Below are positions 1 to 11,156 of a DNA stretch of 57,588 nucleotides, in pieces. How positions within the stretch are numbered: position 1 is the stretch's first letter; each line of letters opens with the position of its first letter. Source of the DNA: Arcobacter sp. (GTDB taxonomy: Bacteria > Campylobacterota > Campylobacteria > Campylobacterales > Arcobacteraceae). Both the position numbers and the translations under genes were made by a program. The notes below the pieces were generated by a model, which ran no database searches, was not told the origin of the DNA, and was given only the letters and a program-made list of their open reading frames with translations. Location of the stretch: the NCBI GenBank assembly GCA_965662175.1, contig CBFIGT010000003.1, positions 1 through 57,588 on the forward strand. Reading direction: 5' to 3'.

Positions 1-5
1 CCCGC

Positions 6-36
6 AAAAAAAAAGGCAAGGATAAAAATCCCTGCC
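6..36 (-). terminator. Rho-independent terminator
   Basis: Minus strand reads GGCAGGGAT-TTTT-ATCCTTGCC followed by a run of 9 T. Confidence 0.85.
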
Positions 37-90
37 CTACGAATATAACTAGTTAGTCAGACTAGTCAAAGCTTCTTTGTATTTAAAGTT
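6..90 (-). ncRNA. Candidate small RNA or attenuator leader, ~85 nt
   Basis: Lies between a consensus sigma70 promoter and an intrinsic terminator; internal 8-bp hairpin; no substantial ORF. Confidence 0.5.
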
Positions 91-96
91 GAAAGA

Positions 97-125
97 ATTA
101 TAATAAAATTTTCATTTTTTGTCAA
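97..125 (-). promoter_or_regulatory. Sigma70 promoter TTGACA-N17-TATAAT
   Basis: tgtcaa at 120-125 and attata at 97-102 on the plus strand, 17-nt spacer. Confidence 0.75.
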
Positions 126-183
126 TAAATTTTTTCCTCGTTTACAAGTTTCACTTGGGAATGTATACTTATATATGAGGTAT

Positions 184-804
184 TTAAACTGCTCTTTTCT
201 CTTCACCCTTTATAAGTCTTATTATATTTGGTATATGTTTATAATATATAATGAATGCGATTAAATACATAGGTGCATTTGAATTAACTCCTAAGCCATT
301 GTTGAATATAAGTGCTGCTACTACAACTCCTGCAAGCCCTAAAAGTGATGATAATGATGAGATTTTTAAAACTTTTGCACAAAATCCCCAAATAACAGCA
401 CCTATTAGTGTAGGTATTGGAATTAGTACTAAAAAAACGCCAAGTCCTGTCGCAACTCCTTTCCCACCCTCAAGTCCTAAGTATATACTATAACAGTGTC
501 CAATGATGGCTAAAACTGCTATTGCCCAAAGTGTTTCTTGTGTTACTCCATATGCCATAGCGGCTAATAGTACAAATGTTCCTTTTATTGCATCTAATAT
601 TACAGTTGCAAGTCCTAGTTTTTTTGCTAGGCTTGGATTTGTCTCTTTTACAACTCTTAGTACATTTGTTGCACCTATAGATTTACTTCCATGCTCTTTT
701 ATATTTACACCTGCAAAAGTTTTTGCTAATAATAATCCAAAAGGAATTGAGCCTATTAAATAAGCTAAAATATAAAAAACCACATTAGTATTTAAAAAAT
801 CCAT
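184..804 (-). CDS. plsY: Glycerol-3-phosphate acyltransferase PlsY
   Basis: YLIGSIPFG, GSKSIGATN and GGKGVAT motifs; ATG at 804 preceded by GGAG (ORF track starts at GTG 810). Confidence 0.95.
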   Translation of the reverse strand: MDFLNTNVVFYILAYLIGSIPFGLLLAKTFAGVNIKEHGSKSIGATNVLRVVKETNPSLAKKLGLATVILDAIKGTFVLLAAMAYGVTQETLWAIAVLAIIGHCYSIYLGLEGGKGVATGLGVFLVLIPIPTLIGAVIWGFCAKVLKISSLSSLLGLAGVVVAALIFNNGLGVNSNAPMYLIAFIIYYKHIPNIIRLIKGEEKRAV

Positions 805-907
805 TATCACTCCAATAAATTTATCTTGAATTTGTTTAAATGGATTGTAACTAAAATTTTGTTATATTCCCGTTAAATTATAAAGATAAAAAACCTAAGG
901 GTAAGTT

Positions 908-1897
908 TTGAATTTAAAAGAAGAGATACTAAAATTAAAAAAAGAGCTTGATGTTACGATAGTAGCGCACTTTTATCAAAGAGATGAAGTGTTTGAACTA
1001 GCTGATATAACAGGGGACTCTTTAGAGTTAGCAAAAAAAGCTATGGAAACAAAAAGTAAATTTATACTTTTTTGTGGTGTTGGATTTATGGGTGAAAGCG
1101 TAAAAGTATTAAGTCCTGAAAAAAGAGTTTTAATGCCAAAAATTGCATGTTGTGCAATGGCTAGAATGATTGATGTTGATTATTTTGATGAGTCATTAGC
1201 AAAACTAAATGCTATGGGTGTAAAAACTGAAGATTTACTTCCTATTACATATATAAACTCAAGTGCAGCTGTAAAAGCTAGAGTTGGTGAGATGGGTGGT
1301 ATGGTTTGTACTTCATCAAATGCATATAAAATAATTGAGCGTGGTTTAAAATCAGGTAAAAAGATATTTTTTGTGCCTGATAGATGTTTGGGACAAAATT
1401 TTGCAAAATCATTAAATCTTAAATCTTCAGTTATAGGTGATGGAAGTGATCCTAAAGAGGCTGATATTATCTGTTATGATGGTTTTTGTTCTGTTCATCA
1501 ACTTTTTTCAACTGATGATATTGAGTTTTATAGAAATAAATTTCCTGATATTTTAATAGCTGTTCATCCTGAGTGTGATCCAAAGATTTGTGATATGGCT
1601 GATTTTGTAGGTTCAACATCACAACTTATAAAATTTATCAAAGAGTTACCTATTGATCAAAAAGTTGCTGTTGGAACTGAGTATAATATGGTAAATAGAT
1701 TAAGAGAGAAAAATACATATATTTTAAGCTCAACAAAACCTGAGTGTCCAACTATGAATGAGACAACATTAGCAGATGTTTATGCAGCTTTAAAAGAGAT
1801 AAAAGATGGTAAAGATGTTTTTACAAATGAAATACAAGTAAATGAAAATGTAATTAAATGGGCAAGAGTAGCTCTACAAAGGATGTTTGAAGTATGA
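908..1897 (+). CDS. nadA: Quinolinate synthase
   Basis: AHFYQ, GDSLELA, YINSSA, CSVH, HPEC and CPTM motifs; TTG start. Confidence 0.96.
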   Translation: MNLKEEILKLKKELDVTIVAHFYQRDEVFELADITGDSLELAKKAMETKSKFILFCGVGFMGESVKVLSPEKRVLMPKIACCAMARMIDVDYFDESLAKLNAMGVKTEDLLPITYINSSAAVKARVGEMGGMVCTSSNAYKIIERGLKSGKKIFFVPDRCLGQNFAKSLNLKSSVIGDGSDPKEADIICYDGFCSVHQLFSTDDIEFYRNKFPDILIAVHPECDPKICDMADFVGSTSQLIKFIKELPIDQKVAVGTEYNMVNRLREKNTYILSSTKPECPTMNETTLADVYAALKEIKDGKDVFTNEIQVNENVIKWARVALQRMFEV

Positions 1898-2715
1898 TTA
1901 ATATTAAAAAGTTCGTAAAAAATGCCATCATTGAAGATAATGGTAGGGGAGATTTGTTTTTTGATGTTGCTCCAAAGGGTAGATTTACAGCACGTGTTAT
2001 AGCAAAAGATGATGGAATTTTTGCAGGTGAAACTTATGCAAAAGCCTTATCAAAAACAGAAAAATTTGAGTGTAAATTTTTAAAACATGATGGTGACAAA
2101 ATCAAAAGTGGTGATGTTTTAGCAAAACTTGAGGGTAAAGCTGCTGTTTTATTATCATCTGAGCGAACTTTTTTAAATATTCTTCAACACGCTTCGGGAA
2201 TTGCAACTATGGCAAATGCCTATGCTTCAATAATAGAAGATTTAGATGTTGCTTTACTTGATACTAGAAAAACAAGACCTCAATTAAGAGATTTTGAAAA
2301 GTATGCTTCAAGAGTAGGTGGGGCTATAAATCATAGACTTGGACTTGATGATTGTTTGATGTTAAAAGATACACACCTTAGAACAATAACTGATTTAAAA
2401 GAGTTTATAAAAAAAGCTAGAAAAAGAATCTCTTGGGTTACAAAAATAGAGATTGAGTGTGAAACTTTTGCACAGGTTAAAGAGGCTATGGAAGCTGGTG
2501 GAGATATTATTATGTGTGATAATATGACACCTGAGCAAATAAAAGAGGTAGTTAAGTTTAGAGATGAAGTTCATCCCCATGTTTTACTTGAAGCTAGTGG
2601 AAATATAAATCTTGATACTGTTAGGGATTATGCTTTAACAGGTGTTGATGCTTTAAGTTCAGGAAGTATTATTCACCAAGCAACTTGGCTAGATTTTTCT
2701 ATGAAGTTCGATTAG
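1894..2715 (+). CDS. nadC: Quinolinate phosphoribosyltransferase
   Basis: LDTRKT, NHRLGLDD and EASGNI motifs; overlaps the nadA stop. Confidence 0.96.
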   Translation: MINIKKFVKNAIIEDNGRGDLFFDVAPKGRFTARVIAKDDGIFAGETYAKALSKTEKFECKFLKHDGDKIKSGDVLAKLEGKAAVLLSSERTFLNILQHASGIATMANAYASIIEDLDVALLDTRKTRPQLRDFEKYASRVGGAINHRLGLDDCLMLKDTHLRTITDLKEFIKKARKRISWVTKIEIECETFAQVKEAMEAGGDIIMCDNMTPEQIKEVVKFRDEVHPHVLLEASGNINLDTVRDYALTGVDALSSGSIIHQATWLDFSMKFD

Positions 2716-2773
2716 TCGTTAACTTTTGGTTAGTAATAGTAAGTTATTATAAAAAATTCAAAAAGGAGAGTAT

Positions 2774-3760
2774 TTGGTAAAAGATTTTATAACAAACAAT
2801 AAAGTAAATACAGCTTCTTTTGAGAGTGCATTAAAACTAATTGACAAAGCAAAATATATTTTGATTGTAACACATGTTAATCCAGACCCTGACACTATTT
2901 GTTCGGGCCTTGCATTATCAAACTATTTATCTGAAAACAGAATAAAACATAAGGTTTTTAATGTGGGAAGAAATCTTCCCTCAAATTTAGATTTTATAAA
3001 TAAATTTGACAAAATCACTGATCAACTTCCAAAATATTATGATTTATTAATAAGTGTTGATTGTGGTTCTAAAAATAGATTGGGAATAGATGTTCCTGAT
3101 GATGTGCCATTTATTAATTTTGACCATCATAAATCAAATGAAAACTTTGGAACAGTTAATATTGTAGATATAAATAAATCTTCAACATCAGAGATTATAT
3201 ATGATTTTTTTAGATTTAATGGTTTGTATATTACAAAAAATACAGCTGAAGCTATGTATGTTGGTATTTATGATGATTCATTAGCTTTCACAACTCCTAG
3301 ATGTGATGAGTTCACTTATGAAAAAATAAACTTTTTGGTAAAGTGTGGAGCTAGTCCTGTTTATATAGCTGATAAGTTTATAAAAAGAGACTCTTTAGCA
3401 AAATATAGAATATTGCCCAAAATATTTAGTAGCTTAGAACTTCTAGATGAGGGGAAGATTGCAACAATTTATGCAACAAAAGAGTGGTTTGATGAATCAG
3501 GTGCTAGTTCGCTTGAAACAGAGGTTTGCTTATCAATGGTTTTAAATATTGCAGTTGTAAAAGTTGCTATTTATTTTAGAATATCAAATGATAAGGTTAG
3601 AGTATCACTACGTTCTAAAGATGATATTGATGTATCAAGTGTAGCTGCGAAATTTGGTGGTGGCGGACATTTAAATGCCGCTGGTTGTGTAATTCAAACT
3701 GAAGATGTTTTTGAAGCAAAAGAGATTGTATTAAAGGAAATTCTTGAAAAGAAAAAGTAG
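2774..3760 (+). CDS. nrnA: DHH/DHHA1 phosphoesterase (NrnA-like oligoribonuclease/pAp phosphatase)
   Basis: HVNPDPD, FDHH, VSLRS and GGGGH motifs. Confidence 0.85.
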   Translation: MVKDFITNNKVNTASFESALKLIDKAKYILIVTHVNPDPDTICSGLALSNYLSENRIKHKVFNVGRNLPSNLDFINKFDKITDQLPKYYDLLISVDCGSKNRLGIDVPDDVPFINFDHHKSNENFGTVNIVDINKSSTSEIIYDFFRFNGLYITKNTAEAMYVGIYDDSLAFTTPRCDEFTYEKINFLVKCGASPVYIADKFIKRDSLAKYRILPKIFSSLELLDEGKIATIYATKEWFDESGASSLETEVCLSMVLNIAVVKVAIYFRISNDKVRVSLRSKDDIDVSSVAAKFGGGGHLNAAGCVIQTEDVFEAKEIVLKEILEKKK

Positions 3761-5114
3761 TTTTGGAAAAATTATATTTTTAATTTTATTTATTATTGGG
3801 GGAGCATTAGCTGGTTTTGTATATTTTTCTCCTGTATTTGAGAAAAATAAACCAGAGATTGTTTTTGAAGATAATATTTATTGGAATTTAAAAAATAAAT
3901 TAGATTTAAAAATAAGTGATGAAAGTGGTATAAAATATTATAAAGTTATATTCAAAGATGGTGAAAAAGAGATTGTATTAGATACACAAATTTTAGCAAA
4001 ACCAATAAAAAATTTAGATTTAGAGTTAAAATCGCCTGAATTAGATATGTTTTTTAAAAGTACAACTATAAATATTATAGTTGAAGCTATTGATAATAGT
4101 AAATGGAACTTTTTAGAGGGTAACAAGATTGTAAAAGAGTTTACTCTTAAAATTGATAGAAAAAAACCAATTGCAACAGCTGTAGCTAACTCTTATGCAA
4201 TAAGAAGAGGTGGAAGCGCACTTGTTATAGTAAAAGTTGAAGATGAAAATTTAAAAGATGCATATATCTCATTTAATGATGAAAAAGTATTTGGATTAAC
4301 ACCTTTTTATAAAGAGAACTATTATGCAGCACTTATAGCTTGGCCTGTAGTTATTGAAGATTTTAAAATAGTAAATTTAATTGCAACAGATAAAGCTGAT
4401 AATAAAACAGTTACAAAAATACCTTTATATATAAGAGATTTAAAAGAGAAAAAATCTAATATAAAAATAAATGATAGTTTTATTCAAAATGTAAGTACAA
4501 AGGTTTTAGAAAAGAGTGGAAAAGATATACCTGAAAATCTAGAAGAGATATTTATTAAACAAAACAATAGTGTAAGAGCTGAAAATGTTGCAAAAATTGA
4601 AGAGGTTTCTAAAAAATATATGAATAGAGATTTTGTTAGTGATTTTTCTATAACTCCTTTTAAAAGATTACACAACTCTATGACAGCAGGATTTTTTGGA
4701 CAAAAAAGGTCTTATTATCATGATAATAAAAAAATAGATGAGGCTTGGCATTTAGGTGTTGATTGGGCTAGTGTAAAAAAAGCTGATATTTATACGATTA
4801 ATCCAGGAACTGTAATATTTAGTGATTATTTAGGAATTTATGGAAATACAATTATTATTGACCATATTTTAGGACTTCAAACACTTTATGCACATACAAG
4901 TTCATCTAGTGTAAATGTAGGTGATAAGGTATCTTCAAATCAAAAAATCGCAAATACAGGAGTTACGGGTGCTGTATTAGGAGACCATTTACATTTTGGT
5001 GTTTTAGTTCAAGGTGTTGAGGTTGATCCTTTAGAGTGGATGGATAAAAATTGGATAAAAACTAGAATTACTGATATAATAGTTGACGCAAAAAAGGTAA
5101 TTGATAATAAATGA
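3744..5114 (+). CDS. M23 family metallopeptidase with N-terminal membrane anchor
   Basis: HLGVD, YAH and HLHF motifs; N-terminal hydrophobic helix. Confidence 0.9.
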   Translation: MKRKSSFGKIIFLILFIIGGALAGFVYFSPVFEKNKPEIVFEDNIYWNLKNKLDLKISDESGIKYYKVIFKDGEKEIVLDTQILAKPIKNLDLELKSPELDMFFKSTTINIIVEAIDNSKWNFLEGNKIVKEFTLKIDRKKPIATAVANSYAIRRGGSALVIVKVEDENLKDAYISFNDEKVFGLTPFYKENYYAALIAWPVVIEDFKIVNLIATDKADNKTVTKIPLYIRDLKEKKSNIKINDSFIQNVSTKVLEKSGKDIPENLEEIFIKQNNSVRAENVAKIEEVSKKYMNRDFVSDFSITPFKRLHNSMTAGFFGQKRSYYHDNKKIDEAWHLGVDWASVKKADIYTINPGTVIFSDYLGIYGNTIIIDHILGLQTLYAHTSSSSVNVGDKVSSNQKIANTGVTGAVLGDHLHFGVLVQGVEVDPLEWMDKNWIKTRITDIIVDAKKVIDNK

Positions 5115-6019
5115 AACAAAGAACAATAGCAAAACCTGTGGAAATAGTTGGAATAGGATTACATAAAGGTGTTCCTGTAAAAATGAGACTAGAGCCACTT
5201 GAATCAAATCAAGGTATTATTTTTTATAGAGCTGATGAGGGTTTAACTATTCCATTAAAAATAGAGAATGTAGTTGATACTAAAATGGCTACAGTAATTG
5301 GTAAAAATGGTGTGGTTATTTCTACTATTGAGCATCTTTTATCAGCTGTTTATGCCTATGGAATTGATAACTTAAGAGTTGTTTTAGATAATGATGAAGT
5401 TCCTGTATTAGATGGAAGCTCTTCAGGATATTGTATGCTTATTGATGAAGTTGGTATAAAAGAGTTAAGTGAATCAAAAAAAGTATTAAAAATAAAAAAA
5501 GAGGTTGAAGTTACAACTCCTGATGGTAAAAGAGTCTCTTTAAAACCATCAAATCATATTATTTATGATTTCTCTATTGATTTTGAAAACCCAGTTATTG
5601 GGCAACAAAACTATCATTTTGATTATAGTATTGAAGAGTATAAAGAGAATATAAGTAAAGCTAGAACTTTTGGTTTTTTACATGAAGTTCAATATTTAAG
5701 AAGTGTGGGTTTAGCTCAAGGTGGAAGCTTAGAAAATGCTATTGTTGTGGATGGTGAGAAGATTTTAAATCCTGAGGGTTTAAGATATGATAATGAGTTT
5801 GTTAGGCATAAAATTTTAGATGCAATTGGTGATATGTCACTTTTAGGTTATACATTAATTGGTGAATATGATGCCCATGCTGGAAGTCATCATTTAAATC
5901 ACTTATTAACAAAAAAACTTTATGAATCAGAAGAGAATTATGAAATAATTGATTTAGAAGAGGCTGAAAAAGAGAGTTATGTTTTCCAAAAAGCCTACTC
6001 ATTAGTTAGTGCAAATTAA
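5111..6019 (+). CDS. lpxC: UDP-3-O-acyl-N-acetylglucosamine deacetylase
   Basis: MKQRTI, TIEHLLSA, ARTFGF and HKILDAIGD motifs. Confidence 0.97.
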   Translation: MKQRTIAKPVEIVGIGLHKGVPVKMRLEPLESNQGIIFYRADEGLTIPLKIENVVDTKMATVIGKNGVVISTIEHLLSAVYAYGIDNLRVVLDNDEVPVLDGSSSGYCMLIDEVGIKELSESKKVLKIKKEVEVTTPDGKRVSLKPSNHIIYDFSIDFENPVIGQQNYHFDYSIEEYKENISKARTFGFLHEVQYLRSVGLAQGGSLENAIVVDGEKILNPEGLRYDNEFVRHKILDAIGDMSLLGYTLIGEYDAHAGSHHLNHLLTKKLYESEENYEIIDLEEAEKESYVFQKAYSLVSAN

Positions 6020-6027
6020 GGTTAGTT

Positions 6028-6480
6028 TTGTTTGAAGTTTTAGTTATATCAATCTCAAAACCAATAAAAGTTGGTATTTATAAAGATGGAGATTTAATAG
6101 AGGCTATTGAAAAAGAGGGAATGACCTCTGATATTTTACCCTCTATTTTTAAAGAGATTTTAGAAAAATATGAGTTAAAAACAATAGTTTATGTAAATAC
6201 CCCAGGTTCTTATATGGCAATAAAAGTTGCTTATTTATTTTTAAAAACAGTAAGTTTGAGCAAAAATATTGAGTTTTTTGCCCTTAGTGGATTTGAATTT
6301 AATGACAATTCTCCCATAAAAGCTTTAGGAAAAAAATACTTTTTTAATAAAAATGGTAAAGTAATAATAGATTTTTTAGAAGAAAAGAGTATAATTTCGG
6401 ACTTTAAATTACCTAAAAGTTTAGATAAGACAAATTTTTCATCTGATACTTTACCAATTTATAATTTACCAGCTGTATAA
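6028..6480 (+). CDS. tsaB: Short TsaB-like (t6A biosynthesis) protein
   Basis: TPGSYMAIK resembles the GPGSFTGxR motif; lpxC-X-thrB synteny typical of Campylobacterota. Confidence 0.65.
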   Translation: MFEVLVISISKPIKVGIYKDGDLIEAIEKEGMTSDILPSIFKEILEKYELKTIVYVNTPGSYMAIKVAYLFLKTVSLSKNIEFFALSGFEFNDNSPIKALGKKYFFNKNGKVIIDFLEEKSIISDFKLPKSLDKTNFSSDTLPIYNLPAV

Positions 6481-6491
6481 AAGGAATATAA

Positions 6492-7373
6492 TTGAGAGTT
6501 ACGGTACCCGCAACTAGTGCAAATTTAGGGCCAGGTTTTGATACTTTAGGCCTAGCTTTAAAAATAAAAAATCAAGTAAGTATAAAACCAGCAAAATTCC
6601 ATAGTGTTTCATTAAAAGGTGAGGGTGCACATAACCCTATTTTAAAAGATAACAATATGTTTATTGCAATATTTAATGATTTTTACAATAATTTATCAAC
6701 AAAAAAAAGAAATTTTAGATTTGAGTTTGAAAATCAAATTCCACTTTCAAGAGGACTTGGAAGTTCATCTGCTGTAATAGTAAGTGCAATAGCATCAGCT
6801 TATGCAATTGAAGAGATAGAGTTACCAAAAGATAAGCTTTTAAATCTAGCTTTAGCTTATGAGTCTCACCCTGATAATATTACACCTGCTGTAATGGGTG
6901 GATTTAATGTGGCAACAGTTCAAGAAAATGAAGTTAAATATATAAGAAAAGATATTCCTAAAAATTTAAGTGCTGTTGTTGTTGTGCCTAATAGACCAAT
7001 TTCTACACAACTTTCAAGAAAAACTTTACCATTTAAGTATTCAAAAGAGGATGCTGTTTTTAATATATCTCATTCATCACTATTAACGGCTGCTTTTATG
7101 AGTGAAAATTGGGAAATGCTTAGGATTGCTTCGCAAGATAAATTTCATCAAAAATATAGGATGAAACAGATGCCTGAGCTTTTTGAGGTACAAAAGTCTG
7201 CCTTAAAAAGTGGTGCTTTAATGAGTACCTTATCAGGTTCAGGTTCAACACTGTTTTCGGTTTGCTATTTTGAGGATGCTAAGAAAATTGAGAGAGAATT
7301 AAGAGCTAAATTTCCTCATTTTAAAGTTTTTATATCAGGTTTTGATAACTATGGTGTAAGAGTTGAAGCTTAA
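6492..7373 (+). CDS. thrB: Homoserine kinase
   Basis: [21 protein letters not shown] and HPDN motifs. Confidence 0.97.
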   Translation: MRVTVPATSANLGPGFDTLGLALKIKNQVSIKPAKFHSVSLKGEGAHNPILKDNNMFIAIFNDFYNNLSTKKRNFRFEFENQIPLSRGLGSSSAVIVSAIASAYAIEEIELPKDKLLNLALAYESHPDNITPAVMGGFNVATVQENEVKYIRKDIPKNLSAVVVVPNRPISTQLSRKTLPFKYSKEDAVFNISHSSLLTAAFMSENWEMLRIASQDKFHQKYRMKQMPELFEVQKSALKSGALMSTLSGSGSTLFSVCYFEDAKKIERELRAKFPHFKVFISGFDNYGVRVEA

Positions 7374-7408
7374 ATTTTTGTAAATTTAGTAAGTTTTGGA
7401 TATAATAA

Positions 7409-7675
7409 TTGGCTAATTTAAAAAAACCTATTAGAATGTGTATTGTTTGTAGAAGCAAAGAGGATAAAAGCTCTATGCTAAGACTTCAATGTAAAGATTC
7501 TAAACTTATAAAATTTGATGGTTTTGGTAGAAGTTTTTATATGTGTAAAGAGTGTCAAAATAAAGCTCTTGAAAATATAGAATTAAAAAGAATTGAAAAA
7601 ACACTTTTTAGAGAGTGTAAAAATAAAGATGAGTACATTGTACAACTTAAGGAGATATTAACGCATGTCAGATAA
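7409..7675 (+). CDS. YlxR/DUF448 family protein
   Basis: PIRMCIVCR and GRSFYMC motifs, directly upstream of infB. Confidence 0.8.
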   Translation: MANLKKPIRMCIVCRSKEDKSSMLRLQCKDSKLIKFDGFGRSFYMCKECQNKALENIELKRIEKTLFRECKNKDEYIVQLKEILTHVR

Positions 7676-10364
7676 CGTAAGAGTATACGAAATTGCAGAA
7701 GAAGCTGGGGCTAGCAGCACAGAAGTAATAAAAAAAGCAAAAGATTTAGGAATTGACCTTAAATCACCACAAAGCCCAGTATCATATGAAGATGCTGAAG
7801 AGATTGCAAACTACATTATGACAGGAAAGAGTGAAAAACTTACACCAAAGAAAAAACCTGTAAAAATAGTAAAAAAAGTAGAAGCAAAAACTGAAACTGT
7901 TAAAGAAGAGACAAAAGCTGAAGTTAAAGCAGCACCAATAAAGAGTGAAATTGCAAGTGAGCCAAAAGTTGAAACTAAAAAGGTTGAAGAAGAGATTGTA
8001 ATTTCTAAACCTAAAAAAGAAGAAGCTAGCCCAAAAGAAGAAGTTAAAAATGATACTCCAAAAGTTGATGACAAGCCAACACTTAAAAAAGTAGTGCCAA
8101 AAAGAAGAGGCCTTAAGATTGTTAAAAAAAGAAAACCAACTATAGTTGAACCAAAAAAAGAAGTTATTGCTTCAAATGATAATTCAGCTATAAAAAAACC
8201 AATGAAATCATTAAGCGAAATTCTAGGTAGTACAAATCAAGATAATTCAAATAATGAAACTCAAGAGAATTCTTTACCAAAAACAGCTAAACCAAAAGCA
8301 CAAAAGAAAAAAGTTCCACCAAAAGCACATGAGCATGGAAGAGTTTTAGAAATCAATATTGCAAAAGATGATTTCAAAGAGTCTGACGATTCATTATTAG
8401 GTGAAGAGGTAGTTTTACTTGATATGGGATTAACAGATACTTCAAAACTATTTGATGAGCCAAATAAAAAAGATAATTCTAAAAATAATAAGCAATCAAG
8501 ATCTTCAAAACCAGCTGCATTTGGAAATAGACCTCAAGGTTTAAAAAGAGGAAAAAGAAAGAAAAGAGTTAGAAGAGAGAGTGAGACTGTAGAAATAACA
8601 GAAATTACTATACCTGAAGATGTAAGAGTTTATGAGTTTGCAGAAGCTTGTGGTAAAAGTGCTGCTGAAGTTATAACTGTATTATTTGGACTTGGTATGA
8701 TGGTTACTAAAAATGATTTCCTAAAACAAGATGAATTAGAGATTTTAGGTGAAGAGTTTGGAATTGAAGTTACTGTTAAAGATGCCTTAGAAGATGTAAA
8801 TTATGTTGAAGATTATCATGATGAAGAGATTGATAAAACTAATTATGTTACAAGACCACCTGTTGTTACTATTATGGGACACGTTGACCATGGTAAAACT
8901 TCACTTCTTGATAAGATTAGATCATCAAAAGTAGCACGAGGCGAAGCTGGTGGAATTACACAACATATTTCAGCTTATACAGTTGAGCAACATGGTCAAA
9001 AAATCACATTTGTAGATACTCCAGGGCATGCTGCATTTAGTGAAATGAGATCAAGAGGAGCAAATGTTACTGATATTATTATCATAGTTGTTGCTGCTGA
9101 TGATGGTGTTAAACCACAAACTGAAGAGGTTATTGCTCACGCAAAAGCTTCAGGTTGTCCAATTATTGTAGCTATGAATAAAATGGATAAAGAGACAGCT
9201 AATCCTGATATGGTTAAATCACAAATGGCTGAAAAAGAGATGATGCCTGTTGATTGGGGTGGAGATGTTGAGTTTATCGGTGTTTCAGCTCATACTGGTG
9301 CTGGAATTGATGAATTATTAGAAAATATTTTATTACAAGCTGAGATTTTAGAGCTTGAAGCTGATCCAACTGCAAAAGCAAAAACAACAGTTGTTGAATC
9401 TTCTTTAGAAAAAGGAAGAGGTCCTGTTGCTACTGTTATTGTACAAAGTGGTACTTTAAAAGTTGGAGATAATATTGTATGTGATACAACATATGGTAGA
9501 GTAAAAGCTATTACTAATGATATGGGTAAACCTGTAAAAGAGTTAGGATTATCAGAAACAGGTAATGTATTAGGATTAAATGATGTTCCTACATCTGGTT
9601 CTTTTTTAGTTGTTCAAGATAGTGAAAAAGAGGCAAGAGATATTGCTACTACTAGAGCTGAACATGCACGAGCTAAAGAGCTAAGTAAATCTACTAAAGT
9701 ATCTTTAGAAGAGATGAGTGGATTAATTGCTGAGGGTAAAATCAAACAATTACCAGTTATTATCAAAACTGATGTTGGTGGTTCTTTAGAGGCTATTAAA
9801 GGTAGTTTAGAAAAAATCCAAAATGAAGAAGTAAAAGTTAAAATTTTACATACAGGTGTTGGTGGAATTACAGAATCAGATTTAGCACTTGCTAACTCAA
9901 GTGAAAACTGTATAATTTTAGGATTTAATGTAAGACCAACAGGTGCTGTTAAACAAAAAGCAAAAGCTGATGGAATTCAAATTAATACTTATACTATTAT
10001 TTATGATTTAATTGATGACATTAAAGATACTTTATCAGGAATGATGAGTGCTGTTATTAGAGAAGAGAATACAGGACAAGCTGAAGTTAAAGATACATTT
10101 GTTGTACCAAAAGTTGGAACAGTTGCTGGATGTATGGTTACAGATGGTAAAGTTATTCGTGGTGGTCATGCTAGAATTATTAGAGATGGTGTTGTAACTT
10201 ATACAGGTAAAATCTCAAGTCTGAAAAGATTTAAAGATGATGCTAAAGAGGTTGTTAATGGATTTGAATGTGGTATTATGTTTGATAAATTTAATGATAT
10301 TAAAGTTGGAGATTTCATCGAAACATTTATACAAATAGAAGAAAAAGTTGGAATAGATTTATAA
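7665..10364 (+). CDS. infB: Translation initiation factor IF-2
   Basis: [21 protein letters not shown] and NKMD motifs. Confidence 0.98.
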   Translation: MSDNVRVYEIAEEAGASSTEVIKKAKDLGIDLKSPQSPVSYEDAEEIANYIMTGKSEKLTPKKKPVKIVKKVEAKTETVKEETKAEVKAAPIKSEIASEPKVETKKVEEEIVISKPKKEEASPKEEVKNDTPKVDDKPTLKKVVPKRRGLKIVKKRKPTIVEPKKEVIASNDNSAIKKPMKSLSEILGSTNQDNSNNETQENSLPKTAKPKAQKKKVPPKAHEHGRVLEINIAKDDFKESDDSLLGEEVVLLDMGLTDTSKLFDEPNKKDNSKNNKQSRSSKPAAFGNRPQGLKRGKRKKRVRRESETVEITEITIPEDVRVYEFAEACGKSAAEVITVLFGLGMMVTKNDFLKQDELEILGEEFGIEVTVKDALEDVNYVEDYHDEEIDKTNYVTRPPVVTIMGHVDHGKTSLLDKIRSSKVARGEAGGITQHISAYTVEQHGQKITFVDTPGHAAFSEMRSRGANVTDIIIIVVAADDGVKPQTEEVIAHAKASGCPIIVAMNKMDKETANPDMVKSQMAEKEMMPVDWGGDVEFIGVSAHTGAGIDELLENILLQAEILELEADPTAKAKTTVVESSLEKGRGPVATVIVQSGTLKVGDNIVCDTTYGRVKAITNDMGKPVKELGLSETGNVLGLNDVPTSGSFLVVQDSEKEARDIATTRAEHARAKELSKSTKVSLEEMSGLIAEGKIKQLPVIIKTDVGGSLEAIKGSLEKIQNEEVKVKILHTGVGGITESDLALANSSENCIILGFNVRPTGAVKQKAKADGIQINTYTIIYDLIDDIKDTLSGMMSAVIREENTGQAEVKDTFVVPKVGTVAGCMVTDGKVIRGGHARIIRDGVVTYTGKISSLKRFKDDAKEVVNGFECGIMFDKFNDIKVGDFIETFIQIEEKVGIDL

Positions 10365-10365
10365 T

Positions 10366-10719
10366 ATGAAAAGTGTAAATTTACAAAGAACAGAGTCTTT
10401 ATTATTGGAATTAATTCCTGAGGCTCTTGCAACTTTAAATGATAGCAGAATCAATACTTTAGCAATTACAGAAGTTAATTGTAAAAATGGTAAATATGAT
10501 GCTATTGTTTATTATGATGGAAGTGATTTTACAAATCAAGAACATCAGATTTTAAATAACCTTTTAAATAAAGCAAATGGACATATAAAGTCTTATTGTT
10601 TAAATGCAACAAATTGGTATAAATGCCCTAACTTTAGATTTAAAGCTGATAATGCTTTAGAAAAAAGTTTACATTTGGAAGAGTTATTTAGCCAGATAAA
10701 AAAAGAAGATAAAGAGTAA
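10366..10719 (+). CDS. rbfA: Ribosome-binding factor A
   Basis: Follows infB; C-terminal PNFRF..D pattern. Confidence 0.88.
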   Translation: MKSVNLQRTESLLLELIPEALATLNDSRINTLAITEVNCKNGKYDAIVYYDGSDFTNQEHQILNNLLNKANGHIKSYCLNATNWYKCPNFRFKADNALEKSLHLEELFSQIKKEDKE

Positions 10720-10724
10720 GAGTT

Positions 10725-11153
10725 ATGAATTTAGAAGAAACAATTGAGATGACTGTAAAAGCTTGTGGTGTAGAACTATATGATATTGCTACAGCAAAAG
10801 AGAATGATAGAAATATTTTTAGAGTTTATATATCATCAAATAATGGTATTTCATTAGATAAATGTGCTGAAGTTTCAAGACTTATCTCTCCAATTTTAGA
10901 TGTTGAAGAGCCTATGGGTGGAAAATATAACTTAGAGGTTAGTTCTCCAGGAATAGAAAGAAAACTAAAAAAAACTAGGCACTTTATCTCTTCTGTTGGT
11001 TCATTAATCAAAGTAAAAGATTTTGAAAAAAATGTTTTACAAGGTAAACTAATAGCTGCTGATGAAAATGAAATTAAAGTAGAAACAGAACATGGGGAAG
11101 AGATTATTACATACGATGAAATCTCATCTGCATCAACTTATTTTGAGTGGTAA
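10725..11153 (+). CDS. rimP: Ribosome maturation factor RimP
   Basis: [12 protein letters not shown] motif. Confidence 0.93.
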   Translation: MNLEETIEMTVKACGVELYDIATAKENDRNIFRVYISSNNGISLDKCAEVSRLISPILDVEEPMGGKYNLEVSSPGIERKLKKTRHFISSVGSLIKVKDFEKNVLQGKLIAADENEIKVETEHGEEIITYDEISSASTYFEW

Positions 11154-11156
11154 ACT

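Noticed and set aside
7830..8580. Lys/Glu-rich repetitive sequence
   Set aside because: Normal low-complexity N-terminal linker of IF-2, not a repeat array.
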